Made by a program: the position numbers and the translations under genes. The notes under the pieces were generated by a model, which was not told the origin of the DNA, searched no databases, and saw only the letters and a list, made by a program, of their open reading frames with translations. Positions 8,077-15,784 of a stretch of DNA of 20,000 bases are shown one piece after another. This stretch comes from an uncultured virus (IMG/VR IMGVR_UViG_3300021420_000030). Taxonomy: Duplodnaviria; Heunggongvirae; Uroviricota; Caudoviricetes. The stretch lies in IMG/VR virus record IMGVR_UViG_3300021420_000030; one strand, 5' to 3'. Position 1 is the stretch's first letter; each line of letters starts with the position of its first letter.

Positions 8077-8085
8077 ACTGTATCA
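8077..8085 (-). promoter_or_regulatory. Extended -10 (TGATACAGT), probable leaderless start of the RHH gene
   Basis: TGnTACAGT followed by 6 nt and then the ATG at 8070. No SD sequence is present. Confidence 0.45.
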
Positions 8086-8089
8086 CGGG

Positions 8090-8293
8090 TTAAAAATCCG
8101 GCAGACACTTTCCGTAAGGGACGCCGGTTTTCTTGTGCCTCGGCGAAACCCCGCCGGGTTGATCAGCGATAATCGGTTCCCGGCAGAAGAAGCAGACGCC
8201 GGTCTCCATGGTTGCCGGTAACGCCTTCGCCTTCTTACGCCGAGGCTTGGTCGATCCCTTCGCTGAGTTCGGACCATCTTGTCTCCCAGTCAT
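8090..8293 (-). CDS. Possible small Cys/His protein (start uncertain)
   Basis: Fills the gap after the terminase. CFFC...H...C could bind a metal. Confidence 0.3.
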   Translation of the reverse strand: MTGRQDGPNSAKGSTKPRRKKAKALPATMETGVCFFCREPIIADQPGGVSPRHKKTGVPYGKCLPDF

Positions 8294-9110
8294 CGATCAT
8301 CCTTTCCGAGGAAATATCTTGTTTTTGCCAGTCACTCACCGGCCCGCTACTCACATGCGAGACCACCGGATCAATGGCGAAGGACCAGTTGTGGGCGGCC
8401 CACAGGGCCAAGAGACATGCCGTGACCCGGTCATCGTGGCCACGGGCGGCAGCGCCCCGCAGGCGCACCAGATCCATTTCACAGTCAGCGAATTCCTCCA
8501 CCAGATGCGGGGACTTGAAGATCAGCTGCTTCCGGTGGATGTACCGGAGACCCTTGGTCCACAGATGCTGCATGGACTGCTTGGTCGAGTACCAGCCAAA
8601 GTCAAAGCGAGAACGTTCCGAGGTCATGCCGGTATCGAGATACTGCCAGCGGTACATATTCGTGTAGCCGTAAGATTCCATCATGGTGCGCTGGGTGGGG
8701 CCGCCGGGGCCCGGGTACACTTCTATAATGCAGAGGGCCTGCCCGTCTTCGTTGTTGCCGCCGTAGAGCCGTCCTAGCGCGTTTCCCACTTTGGCCAGAT
8801 CGTAGGGGTCGATGGGGGCGGCATACTCGGCCACCTGCATATCGGGCTTGAAGTGCGGGGAACCGGGTTCCCCTTGACCGACGCGGATGACTTCAATGGC
8901 TCCGTTATCGGTATCGGAGTCATCGCCAATACGATTGTACCTGTTCCAATTTGTGCGTCCCTGCGCAGCGTCAATACCGAGGATATACCTCGATCTTGGA
9001 TTCGGCGGCTCGTACAGCCAAACGATTCCGCGCGGGTCGCCATCGTAGCCGTCTGGCGCTTGAACCAACCGCTGGCGACCACCAATACGAAACTCTGATG
9101 GAGCAATCAT
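8235..9110 (-). CDS. terL: Terminase large subunit, C-terminal RNase H-like nuclease half
   Basis: GIVWLYEPP...YILGIDAAQG...DNGAIEVI...QVAEY...IIEV...HDDRVTA. Has its own ATG (ATGA overlap with the HNH stop) and a GGGAG RBS. Confidence 0.9.
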   Translation of the reverse strand: MIAPSEFRIGGRQRLVQAPDGYDGDPRGIVWLYEPPNPRSRYILGIDAAQGRTNWNRYNRIGDDSDTDNGAIEVIRVGQGEPGSPHFKPDMQVAEYAAPIDPYDLAKVGNALGRLYGGNNEDGQALCIIEVYPGPGGPTQRTMMESYGYTNMYRWQYLDTGMTSERSRFDFGWYSTKQSMQHLWTKGLRYIHRKQLIFKSPHLVEEFADCEMDLVRLRGAAARGHDDRVTACLLALWAAHNWSFAIDPVVSHVSSGPVSDWQKQDISSERMIDDWETRWSELSEGIDQASA

Positions 9111-9559
9111 TGAGCCCTGGTCTCCCTATACGCCTTACTGGCATAGTAACGATGACAAATCCGACAAACCCGCCATCCTCTTTTTTGAATAATCGTATTT
9201 TCTTTCGTATATTCGTGTCCCTGTGGGCAGTGAGTCTTCAATGTTTGACGGATATTGGCCAAGCCTCGCCGACAATTCTCACGGTTCGTTACAGGTTCCA
9301 TATGCCACGGGTTACAGCAGGCTCTCACCCGACATTTGTGATCGAGTTGCAAGCCTTCCGGAATTGTTCCAATTAGGACCGTATAAGAAATCCGGTGCGC
9401 AAGAAAAACGCTCCGATTAATGGTAATGACTCCATATCCTGCCTTAGTACGAGCAGACTTCCACATCCAACATTTAACAGAATCGGAATAGTCTTCGACT
9501 TTCGTCAGAAAATGCAGGAACTGAGAAAATGTCAGGTCGATATTTTTCATCTTCATCAC
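9107..9559 (-). CDS. HNH homing endonuclease between the terL halves
   Basis: CWMW...GYG...AHRISY...LDHKCRVRACCNPWHMEPVT..EN, plus a C-terminal KTHCPQGHEY...CRIC module. Confidence 0.92.
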   Translation of the reverse strand: MMKMKNIDLTFSQFLHFLTKVEDYSDSVKCWMWKSARTKAGYGVITINRSVFLAHRISYTVLIGTIPEGLQLDHKCRVRACCNPWHMEPVTNRENCRRGLANIRQTLKTHCPQGHEYTKENTIIQKRGWRVCRICHRYYASKAYRETRAQ

Positions 9560-10809
9560 AAACCCTCCAACTCGAACGCCACACCTTCAGTCGTGGTCGA
9601 TCTCATAAAGTCTAGGACAACGGGGCTGATCGCACTCTGGGTGGTGGCCTGGAAACTTTGCTCCGGGGTACAGGAGTAGTTGGACAAAAACAAGTTCAGA
9701 GCGTTGTTTTCAATCGCCTCAGAATAAGACGATTCCCACCAGTAGAGCTGTTCCCGCGAGAGCGTCACTTCCTTGCCGACAAACTCCTTACTGGTCTGAT
9801 GGACCTTCCACGCAGTTTGCAAAGTCGCTTCATTGGGGGCCCAGCCCTCCGGCGGGCGGCGGCGGTACTTCCGTGGCTCGGCATAGAATGGAATGAACAT
9901 ATAGTTCCAGCGCGGCATCTTCCCTTTCCGAACTTTCTCCGAAAAGGAATACCACCATCCACCGGGTCCGCTACGCCCCTGAGGTGTCGTTTCTTGCAGG
10001 GAAAAAGTGTAGGGATGCTGCGGTAACGTGGGAAAGAAGTCGAGTTCCAAGGAACGTCCGTAAGGCCACTGGCTCACCTCGGTATTGTGATTCACATCGA
10101 ACTGACGGCCGGTACCGATACCGGACTGCTGGCGGCCATGCTGATAGAGGATGCGGGAGCCATGCTCTTCGCCAAACTGGATATGCTCGGATTTTTTATT
10201 AAAGCCCACCTGTTCCTCACCCCAGCCGTGGGGCTTCAGGAAAAACGGAAGGTGGTCCAGGATCAGCCGGTCCCGGGTGTAGAGTTCACCGACCTTATCT
10301 TCATCGACACTGGCGGCCATGGCGCGGGTGTGGGGCCAGCCCACCAGACGATGCATGGTGACGGCCCGGCCAATGGCGGTGTGGCCCAACGCTCGTCCGC
10401 CCTTGTTGTCACAGATAAGGATACCGTCGCAGGGATAGCCTTTCTCGTAGTCCTCAATATTCTTCTCTTCGAGCTTAATAATCAGATTCATCAGAATCTG
10501 CTGCGATTCCCAAAACGTCTCGCTGAATTTGCCAATGCCACCACCGTCAACCCCGTCCCGCTCAATGGTCATGTAGCGAAGCGAATACCCGAAATCCTGT
10601 TGAAACAGGATCTGTTCATTGCGGATGAAATCGGCGTGTTCCTTATTCTGATACCGGCCGAAGGAATCGGTCAGCTTGCCTTGGGCGTGGAGTTTGGTTA
10701 AGTATTCGGTCGCGTCCCAGGACTCTTGAGGAGAATAACGGTGGAGACGGATTCTTAGTTCAGACTCTATCCTACCAAGCATTTTCTCCGTGACACGATC
10801 ACTGTACAC
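9556..10809 (-). CDS. terL: Terminase large subunit, N-terminal ATPase half
   Basis: Walker A-like KGGRALGHT, GTGRQFDVNHNTEV (Walker B region), coupling motif ETTPQG, FIPFY, and FLSNYSCTPEQSF. Ends at a TGA overlapping the HNH start. Confidence 0.9.
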   Translation of the reverse strand: MYSDRVTEKMLGRIESELRIRLHRYSPQESWDATEYLTKLHAQGKLTDSFGRYQNKEHADFIRNEQILFQQDFGYSLRYMTIERDGVDGGGIGKFSETFWESQQILMNLIIKLEEKNIEDYEKGYPCDGILICDNKGGRALGHTAIGRAVTMHRLVGWPHTRAMAASVDEDKVGELYTRDRLILDHLPFFLKPHGWGEEQVGFNKKSEHIQFGEEHGSRILYQHGRQQSGIGTGRQFDVNHNTEVSQWPYGRSLELDFFPTLPQHPYTFSLQETTPQGRSGPGGWWYSFSEKVRKGKMPRWNYMFIPFYAEPRKYRRRPPEGWAPNEATLQTAWKVHQTSKEFVGKEVTLSREQLYWWESSYSEAIENNALNLFLSNYSCTPEQSFQATTQSAISPVVLDFMRSTTTEGVAFELEGL

Positions 10810-11272
10810 GGGAAAGCCTTAGCCGTTTTTTCTTTAAACGCTGACGCTCAAGATGACAGGCACGACATACTCTTCCAGACTCATACCTATACGTATTTTG
10901 CGGGGTATATTCATGCCCATGAGGACAATGTGTCTTCGCTCTCTGGAGATTTGCGGATTCACCTCGCCGGACATTCTCCCCAATTGTTACCGGCTCAAGA
11001 TGAAATGGATTCACGCACGCACGGTTACGGCAAAGATGATCAAGTTGTAATCCTTCCGGAATCTGACCAATCAAAACAGTATATGAAATGCGGTGCGCAA
11101 GCATCCCCATGAATACTCCGTAACCTGAACTAAGGGCTGCTTTCCATATCCAACACTTACTGGAATCGGAGTGGTCTCCGACTTTTGTCAAGAAATGTAA
11201 AAACTCAGAAAATGTAAGGTTAATGACTGGTTTCTTTTTCTCTTGGATGTGATATGTCCCGATTTGTTTCAC
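10799..11272 (-). CDS. Free-standing HNH homing endonuclease upstream of terL
   Basis: CWIW...GYG...AHRISY...LDHLCRNRACVNPFHLEPVT..EN...KTHCPHGHEY...CRAC. Close paralog of 9107..9559. Confidence 0.92.
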   Translation of the reverse strand: MKQIGTYHIQEKKKPVINLTFSEFLHFLTKVGDHSDSSKCWIWKAALSSGYGVFMGMLAHRISYTVLIGQIPEGLQLDHLCRNRACVNPFHLEPVTIGENVRRGESANLQRAKTHCPHGHEYTPQNTYRYESGRVCRACHLERQRLKKKRLRLSRVQ

Positions 11273-11451
11273 GAAGCCATCTCTTTATAGCGATCCAGCT
11301 CTTCCTTTTTTTCCATAAACGCCGGACATCGCTCGTCCATCGGGATCTCCGGCGAATCACATGCGGCGCACTCCGAACCAATGGTCATCTCATGGAGGAA
11401 AGCGTAGTGACCGCAATTTACACAGATGGCATGTTTATCCGGATTCTTCAT
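11269..11451 (-). CDS. Small Cys-rich protein
   Basis: CVNCGH...H...CAAC...C, overlapping both neighbours. Confidence 0.6.
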   Translation of the reverse strand: MKNPDKHAICVNCGHYAFLHEMTIGSECAACDSPEIPMDERCPAFMEKKEELDRYKEMAS

Positions 11452-11689
11452 CGTCCTTTAGTTTATCCTGACGTTTCAAGTAGGCCATTTCCTCGCGGGC
11501 CCATTCCATTTCTTCATCGACATAATCGACGCTGGGCTCCGAACCTGAGGCGTCGGCCTTCGGCACCTTCATATTGATCCCCGTCTGAGCGAGTTCAACT
11601 TCCATGCAATCGGCGATGCGTTCCAACTGGTCATGAATGGCCCGGAGTTCCTTGACCACCGGCTTCAATCTCAACATCGTGATATTCAC
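11435..11689 (-). CDS. Hypothetical protein
   Basis: 84 aa, helical and acidic. GTGA overlap with the upstream gene. Confidence 0.6.
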   Translation of the reverse strand: MNITMLRLKPVVKELRAIHDQLERIADCMEVELAQTGINMKVPKADASGSEPSVDYVDEEMEWAREEMAYLKRQDKLKDDEESG

Positions 11690-11901
11690 AGGAATTTCCT
11701 TGTAAACAGAAGTTCACGGTTACCGGAAGCCATCGTCCACAACATCAAAGCCGTTCGTCCGTCCGGGAGTGTCTTTGCCCAGCGTTCCTCGGGCTGAAGC
11801 TGTTCCATGAGTTGGACGTAAAACGCGGGGTCCACCTCAATCACACGAATCGCTCCAACCGCAACATCGTGTTCAAAACGAATCTTCTCTTGTTCACTCA
11901 T
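11686..11901 (-). CDS. Hypothetical protein
   Basis: 71 aa, with 4-nt overlaps on both sides. Confidence 0.6.
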   Translation of the reverse strand: MSEQEKIRFEHDVAVGAIRVIEVDPAFYVQLMEQLQPEERWAKTLPDGRTALMLWTMASGNRELLFTRKFL

Positions 11902-12359
11902 GGGAGTTTGGTCGTCCCCTGACTCTCAACATTAAACACGTCTTTCGACTTCTCGTACCGTACCGACGGCTTATCCTCGAAGACCCGGCTCACCGGAGGC
12001 GCACTCATGCGGGGTTCGATGACGACCCAGGCGAGGGAAGGTTCACTGCCGGGAACGCGGGCGTAGGGGACACCGAGCATCCCGATAAAGTGGAAGGCGT
12101 CTCCATTAAATAAGGTATCGGCGATGGCATGGAAGTCCCGATCCGGTCCAATTCCCGGAGAGCCCAGTTTCGTCTTCCAGGAAACCCAGTAGGCCCAGCG
12201 GCCGCCATTAGCACCACCGACGACGGATACCCGCTGCCATACCCGAAGCCCGGCGTCTTTGAAGATGGATCCGGCCGGGAGATCGGGGAGGTCCTGTATG
12301 GCCAAATCATTGGCGGAATCGACGGCATTCGACCAGTCTTCAATCTTGCCGAATTCCAT
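11898..12359 (-). CDS. Hypothetical protein
   Basis: ATG at 12359 preceded by GGAGG (MEFGKIEDW...), 153 aa. Confidence 0.65.
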   Translation of the reverse strand: MEFGKIEDWSNAVDSANDLAIQDLPDLPAGSIFKDAGLRVWQRVSVVGGANGGRWAYWVSWKTKLGSPGIGPDRDFHAIADTLFNGDAFHFIGMLGVPYARVPGSEPSLAWVVIEPRMSAPPVSRVFEDKPSVRYEKSKDVFNVESQGTTKLP

Positions 12360-12585
12360 GTTTCCTCCGGTATTCTTCTTCGCGGGAGACATGCATCATG
12401 CGGGTGCGGAGTTCTTCCTGTTTCGCGTGTAACGTCACCTGACGGCTGATGCCCGGCTTACGGCCTCCCTTACGGCCGTTGATGCGGGAGGCAGCGGCTT
12501 TCTTCTCCGAGCGGGAGGAGCCCAGACACACACTGCAGGTCACAATCATCTTGGCCTGAGGATGCAGGTCACACCTTATCTTCAT
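12340..12585 (-). CDS. Small basic Zn-binding / DNA-binding-like protein
   Basis: CDLH...CSVC followed by SEKKAAASRINGRKGGRKP. Confidence 0.6.
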   Translation of the reverse strand: MKIRCDLHPQAKMIVTCSVCLGSSRSEKKAAASRINGRKGGRKPGISRQVTLHAKQEELRTRMMHVSREEEYRRKHGIRQD

Positions 12586-13195
12586 GACCAGATCCTACCG
12601 CATTGGGTCTTGATGGTTCAAGGGAAATCTCGCGCGTCTTTTTAAGAATGGTCTCCATTCGTTGGTCCGTATTACCGAAGTTCTGGGTCACGGCCACAAG
12701 GGGGCCGGACTGCTTGATGAGCTTGGCGGACTCGAAGACCAGGTCTCGCGCTTGCTTATCTCCAACGCGTCTTACCGTCCCCGTAGATTTACACGTCGGA
12801 CAGTCCCGGGTTTCATCCTTATAAGGAACGAAACCGAACCCATCGCATCTCGCACAGTTCTCCATATGGGTTTTCGCATCTTCGGTGACATCGGCCATTA
12901 ACGAAGGAAGCGAATTGGACATCTGGAGAAGGGCCAGCTGGCGCATGCCATCGGCATAGAGCAGCTGCATCTCATGGAGGGTGACTCCGGCCTTCTTACA
13001 TTGCCAGGCGAAACTCATCTTCGCGTAGGCGGGATCCTGCATGATCAGCATCAGGGTATCGAAACGCTCATTGCCGGAATTCTCCAGAAACTGAGACATG
13101 GCGTCTTTGTCGATATGCTGCGCGAAGCGTTTCATCGGGAGATCCTTGTCCGGATCGGTTTCCCGTAGACGGCGGTGTTTATCGTTCTTCATCAT
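12569..13195 (-). CDS. Probable terminase small subunit with inserted DnaJ-type Zn finger
   Basis: HTH-like SFAWQCKKAGVTLHEMQLLY, then a helix, CARCDGFG...CPTCKSTG, the helix GDKQARDLVFE and a beta tail VAVTQNF. Lies upstream of terL. Confidence 0.5.
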   Translation of the reverse strand: MMKNDKHRRLRETDPDKDLPMKRFAQHIDKDAMSQFLENSGNERFDTLMLIMQDPAYAKMSFAWQCKKAGVTLHEMQLLYADGMRQLALLQMSNSLPSLMADVTEDAKTHMENCARCDGFGFVPYKDETRDCPTCKSTGTVRRVGDKQARDLVFESAKLIKQSGPLVAVTQNFGNTDQRMETILKKTREISLEPSRPNAVGSGHEDKV

Positions 13196-13491
13196 CCTGC
13201 AATTCGCTCATAAGAAAAGGCTAAACGGATTTCATCGTAGAAAAATTCACCGTGGGATTCCGCTTTCATCAAGCCGACAAAATCCTCTTCTGGTACTGCA
13301 CTATACCGATACAAGGACCCATCGAGGAAAGCGACGTAGAGTTCATAGCGGTTTTGATCGTAACCCACGGCCGCAAGGTTGGAGGACACGACCGGGTACA
13401 GGGTAACCCCAGCCAGTTCGGACTCGACCGTGGCGCTTTCCCCGAAATCGCTCCATGCCTCGGTAATAACGCTGATGGGATCATCGGCCAT
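13192..13491 (-). CDS. KTSC domain protein
   Basis: PVVSSNLAAVGYD...LYVAFLDGSLYRYSAVP...LMKAESHGEFFYDEIR. Confidence 0.9.
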   Translation of the reverse strand: MADDPISVITEAWSDFGESATVESELAGVTLYPVVSSNLAAVGYDQNRYELYVAFLDGSLYRYSAVPEEDFVGLMKAESHGEFFYDEIRLAFSYERIAG

Positions 13492-13869
13492 TTAGTTCTC
13501 CGCTTCTCCGCGCATATATCCCGGCTGAATCGGCGGCAAACACTGGATCAAAAACGCCGCCATCTTCTGACTATTTTCCGATAATGGGATGATGACATCG
13601 GTGGACGCATTTGGATTCATCCGGAATCCTGGGCCCATCGCCCCATGATCACGCATGCATTTCATCAGTTGATAGAAGGACAGTTCCTTTTTCGGGATCA
13701 TCAGGAGCAGACCACAATCTTGAGGAAACACAATCACATTTATGGAACGAGACTTCGTTTTAAGATCCCGAGTCAAATCCAGGGCGCATTCCAGGTCACT
13801 ACCGATAATGACCATCCACCACTGGAATGAATTCAACTTTTCGGCGATATCGACTAGGCTGATTTCCAT
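13492..13869 (-). CDS. Hypothetical protein
   Basis: 125 aa, abutting both neighbours. Confidence 0.6.
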   Translation of the reverse strand: MEISLVDIAEKLNSFQWWMVIIGSDLECALDLTRDLKTKSRSINVIVFPQDCGLLLMIPKKELSFYQLMKCMRDHGAMGPGFRMNPNASTDVIIPLSENSQKMAAFLIQCLPPIQPGYMRGEAEN

Positions 13870-14393
13870 TATTTATAGATATCCCAGTCGTTGGTGGAGG
13901 GGTTATGGACGCGCCAGCCGCCTTCCGGTCCCGTATTTGGCTGAATGGAATCCGGGGTATAGGGGATCTCCAGATTGTCCATTAATTTACCGATGACCGC
14001 TTGTGGGCTCATGGTGTAAACGCCGTGGTAGACGTTAGAGTTTTCCAGCGGCGCGTATTGAATGTCGGGTGGTTTAGGTGGTGTCCATTGTGTTCCAACG
14101 CGTGGGGCAAAGGATGCTACCTGAGATGCGATATCGTTCAGCCTAGATGAAAACGAATTCGCCCGATCGGGATGCACCAGACTGGGAACCAGAAACTGTA
14201 ATCCGGAGGCCATCGCGTTTTGCTTGGCGGTGGGCTTATCGCCATAGGGGCGGAGACTCCCGGTATTGTGATTCACTTCAAATAACTGATCCCCGATCGA
14301 AAGCAGGCCGGACTTCAGCGGGGGATTCGATAATATCGAGGACTGTGGTTTGGGCTGCGGCAACGCCGGAGCCAATGGATCATTGGTCGACAT
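13869..14393 (-). CDS. Hypothetical Pro-rich protein
   Basis: 174 aa, overlapping the methyltransferase end and the next start. Confidence 0.6.
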   Translation of the reverse strand: MSTNDPLAPALPQPKPQSSILSNPPLKSGLLSIGDQLFEVNHNTGSLRPYGDKPTAKQNAMASGLQFLVPSLVHPDRANSFSSRLNDIASQVASFAPRVGTQWTPPKPPDIQYAPLENSNVYHGVYTMSPQAVIGKLMDNLEIPYTPDSIQPNTGPEGGWRVHNPSTNDWDIYK

Positions 14394-14880
14394 ACGTCAA
14401 TACCCTCTGGGCCACGGACTCCGGTGAAAAACCGGAGGGACTTTTCTGGAACATTACCCAATAGGTTGAAGTCTTTCTATGATTCAACGTAGAAACAGCG
14501 TGGCCAAACATGGGCTGCCAACCTTCAATCCAGGAAAGAAGAGTGTTTAGACGAACGTCGTGTGTGCTCCATTTGAGAGCCATCAGAGCGTTCCCCGTGG
14601 AACAGCGGAAAGCCTCCTTTACCGAATCGGTCACCGTCGATCGGATATCTTCCGCTTCGTATGCGCCGTAGAACTTCGCCATGTCCGTTCCTTTCCCATG
14701 CATCATATGCGGGGGGTCAAAGACAATCAAATCAAAAGTCCCTTCCTTAAAAGGAAGATGGCGGGTATCGCAGCAGACGGTGGGGTTCATGGACAAACGG
14801 TGATCGACAAAGACGGTATCGGGGTTGAGCCGGTTGAACCAGACTTTCCGGTGACCGGCGGACATATCTAGGATACGCAT
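14380..14880 (-). CDS. SAM-dependent DNA (amino) methyltransferase-like protein
   Basis: ILDMSAG (motif I), CCDTRHLPF, and FDLIVFDPPH (DPPY-like motif IV). Short phage-type MTase. Confidence 0.85.
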   Translation of the reverse strand: MRILDMSAGHRKVWFNRLNPDTVFVDHRLSMNPTVCCDTRHLPFKEGTFDLIVFDPPHMMHGKGTDMAKFYGAYEAEDIRSTVTDSVKEAFRCSTGNALMALKWSTHDVRLNTLLSWIEGWQPMFGHAVSTLNHRKTSTYWVMFQKSPSGFSPESVAQRVLTYVDQ

Positions 14881-15080
14881 TGGGGACAGAGCCAGGAGCG
14901 GTGATAGTCGTGCACCTTGGCGTAGAGGATCTCCCCGTTGTTGCGTTTCAATCCCCGCAGCATGGAACCGGTACAGGGCTCACAGATGAAGATCGTATGG
15001 CAGTCCTCACAGCGATGACGGCGGAGACCATAACAGGCGGAGGTTCGACTCTTCCCCCTGAAGTTTCTCTGGGAACCCAT
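14868..15080 (-). CDS. Cys-rich Zn-finger protein, 70 aa, probably leaderless
   Basis: MGSQRNFRGK...HRCEDC...CEPC...LCPQC. The ATG is 6 nt after a -10 box. Confidence 0.55.
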   Translation of the reverse strand: MGSQRNFRGKSRTSACYGLRRHRCEDCHTIFICEPCTGSMLRGLKRNNGEILYAKVHDYHRSWLCPQCVS

Positions 15081-15086
15081 ACGGCT

Positions 15087-15115
15087 AGGATAGGGAGTCC
15101 TGGTTGGGAAAGCAA
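15087..15115 (-). promoter_or_regulatory. Sigma70-type promoter at the head of the minus-strand operon
   Basis: TTGCTT-17 nt-TATCCT, then AGCCGT-ATG. Confidence 0.6.
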
Positions 15116-15120
15116 GAGGT

Positions 15121-15152
15121 AAAACACAAAAGCCGGAGATTTGCTCCCCGGC
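15121..15152 (-). terminator. Intrinsic terminator
   Basis: GCCGGGGA-GCAAA-TCTCCGGC followed by TTTTGTGTTTT. Confidence 0.75.
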
Positions 15153-15197
15153 CTCTGTGTGCAAAATTTAATGAGATACTCCCCCCGTAAAGGAAGT
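15121..15197 (-). ncRNA. Candidate ~77-nt small RNA
   Basis: TTGACA (15229-15234) and TGcTACTTT (15204-15212) lie upstream. 5' hairpin ACUUCCUU-UACG-GGGGGAGU, an AU-rich linker, then the terminator. No AUG inside. Confidence 0.5.
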
Positions 15198-15237
15198 GTT
15201 GTAAAAGTAGCATGAATAGGTATAGGCTTGTCAAGCC

Positions 15238-15510
15238 ATGGATCGCAAAATCCATATGAGGTATTCGACAGCCCATAAGAACTCCTGGATCCAAACCCCC
15301 TCTCTCGCATGGAAACTGGCCCATCGCGCCGGTACCGATCCGACATTCAATCCCATTAGCCCGATCGACCGGATGCCCCTGGACCCACCCCACGGCCCCA
15401 CCACGGAACGCTTAACGATTCAATCTCTCGATGGGCTCTCGGCCCTCGACGCCAAGTACGCCAAAGAACTGGAAGCAGGCCGTGCTTTGCAGAATCGACT
15501 CGATGATTAA
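15238..15510 (+). CDS. Hypothetical protein (start uncertain)
   Basis: 90-aa ORF whose end overlaps the next ATG (ATGATTAA). Confidence 0.35.
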   Translation: MDRKIHMRYSTAHKNSWIQTPSLAWKLAHRAGTDPTFNPISPIDRMPLDPPHGPTTERLTIQSLDGLSALDAKYAKELEAGRALQNRLDD

Positions 15511-15784
15511 CAGTGGCCGTCTGAGCCGCTATAAAGCTATGAATACGCCAAGCCCCCGGCATTTCTCCCGGTCACGCATGGCCATGGCCGAAGCAGAACT
15601 GATGGTGTTTCCAGTAATTGTCACCGACGCTGATGCCCCGGGAATCCACGGGGCGGTGCGGGGAATGGGACCAGCGGCCCTACCCCGGGAGCTAAGACGG
15701 GGGTTGATCCTACAAGACACCCGAGAATTCCGCCCTTTAATGGGTAATCAGGAAAGAAACCAAGCGTCCCTGAGAGTTCTCTGA
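15503..15784 (+). CDS. Hypothetical protein
   Basis: ATG at 15503 coupled to the upstream stop, 93 aa. Confidence 0.35.
   Translation: MINSGRLSRYKAMNTPSPRHFSRSRMAMAEAELMVFPVIVTDADAPGIHGAVRGMGPAALPRELRRGLILQDTREFRPLMGNQERNQASLRVL

Noticed and set aside
9000..9650. Group I intron or intein in terL
   Set aside because: The three ORFs overlap with no spare sequence, no P7 or J8/7-like elements were seen, and stop codons and frame changes rule out an intein.
14380..14880. Restriction-modification system pairing the MTase with the HNH genes
   Set aside because: The HNHs look homing-type and are not adjacent. A solitary phage MTase is the simpler reading.
500..15122. Many plus-strand ORFs in the track (e.g. 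500..1033, 3671..4555, 6766..7335, 10087..10701)
   Set aside because: They are antisense shadows of GC3-rich minus-strand genes and have no motifs or RBSs.
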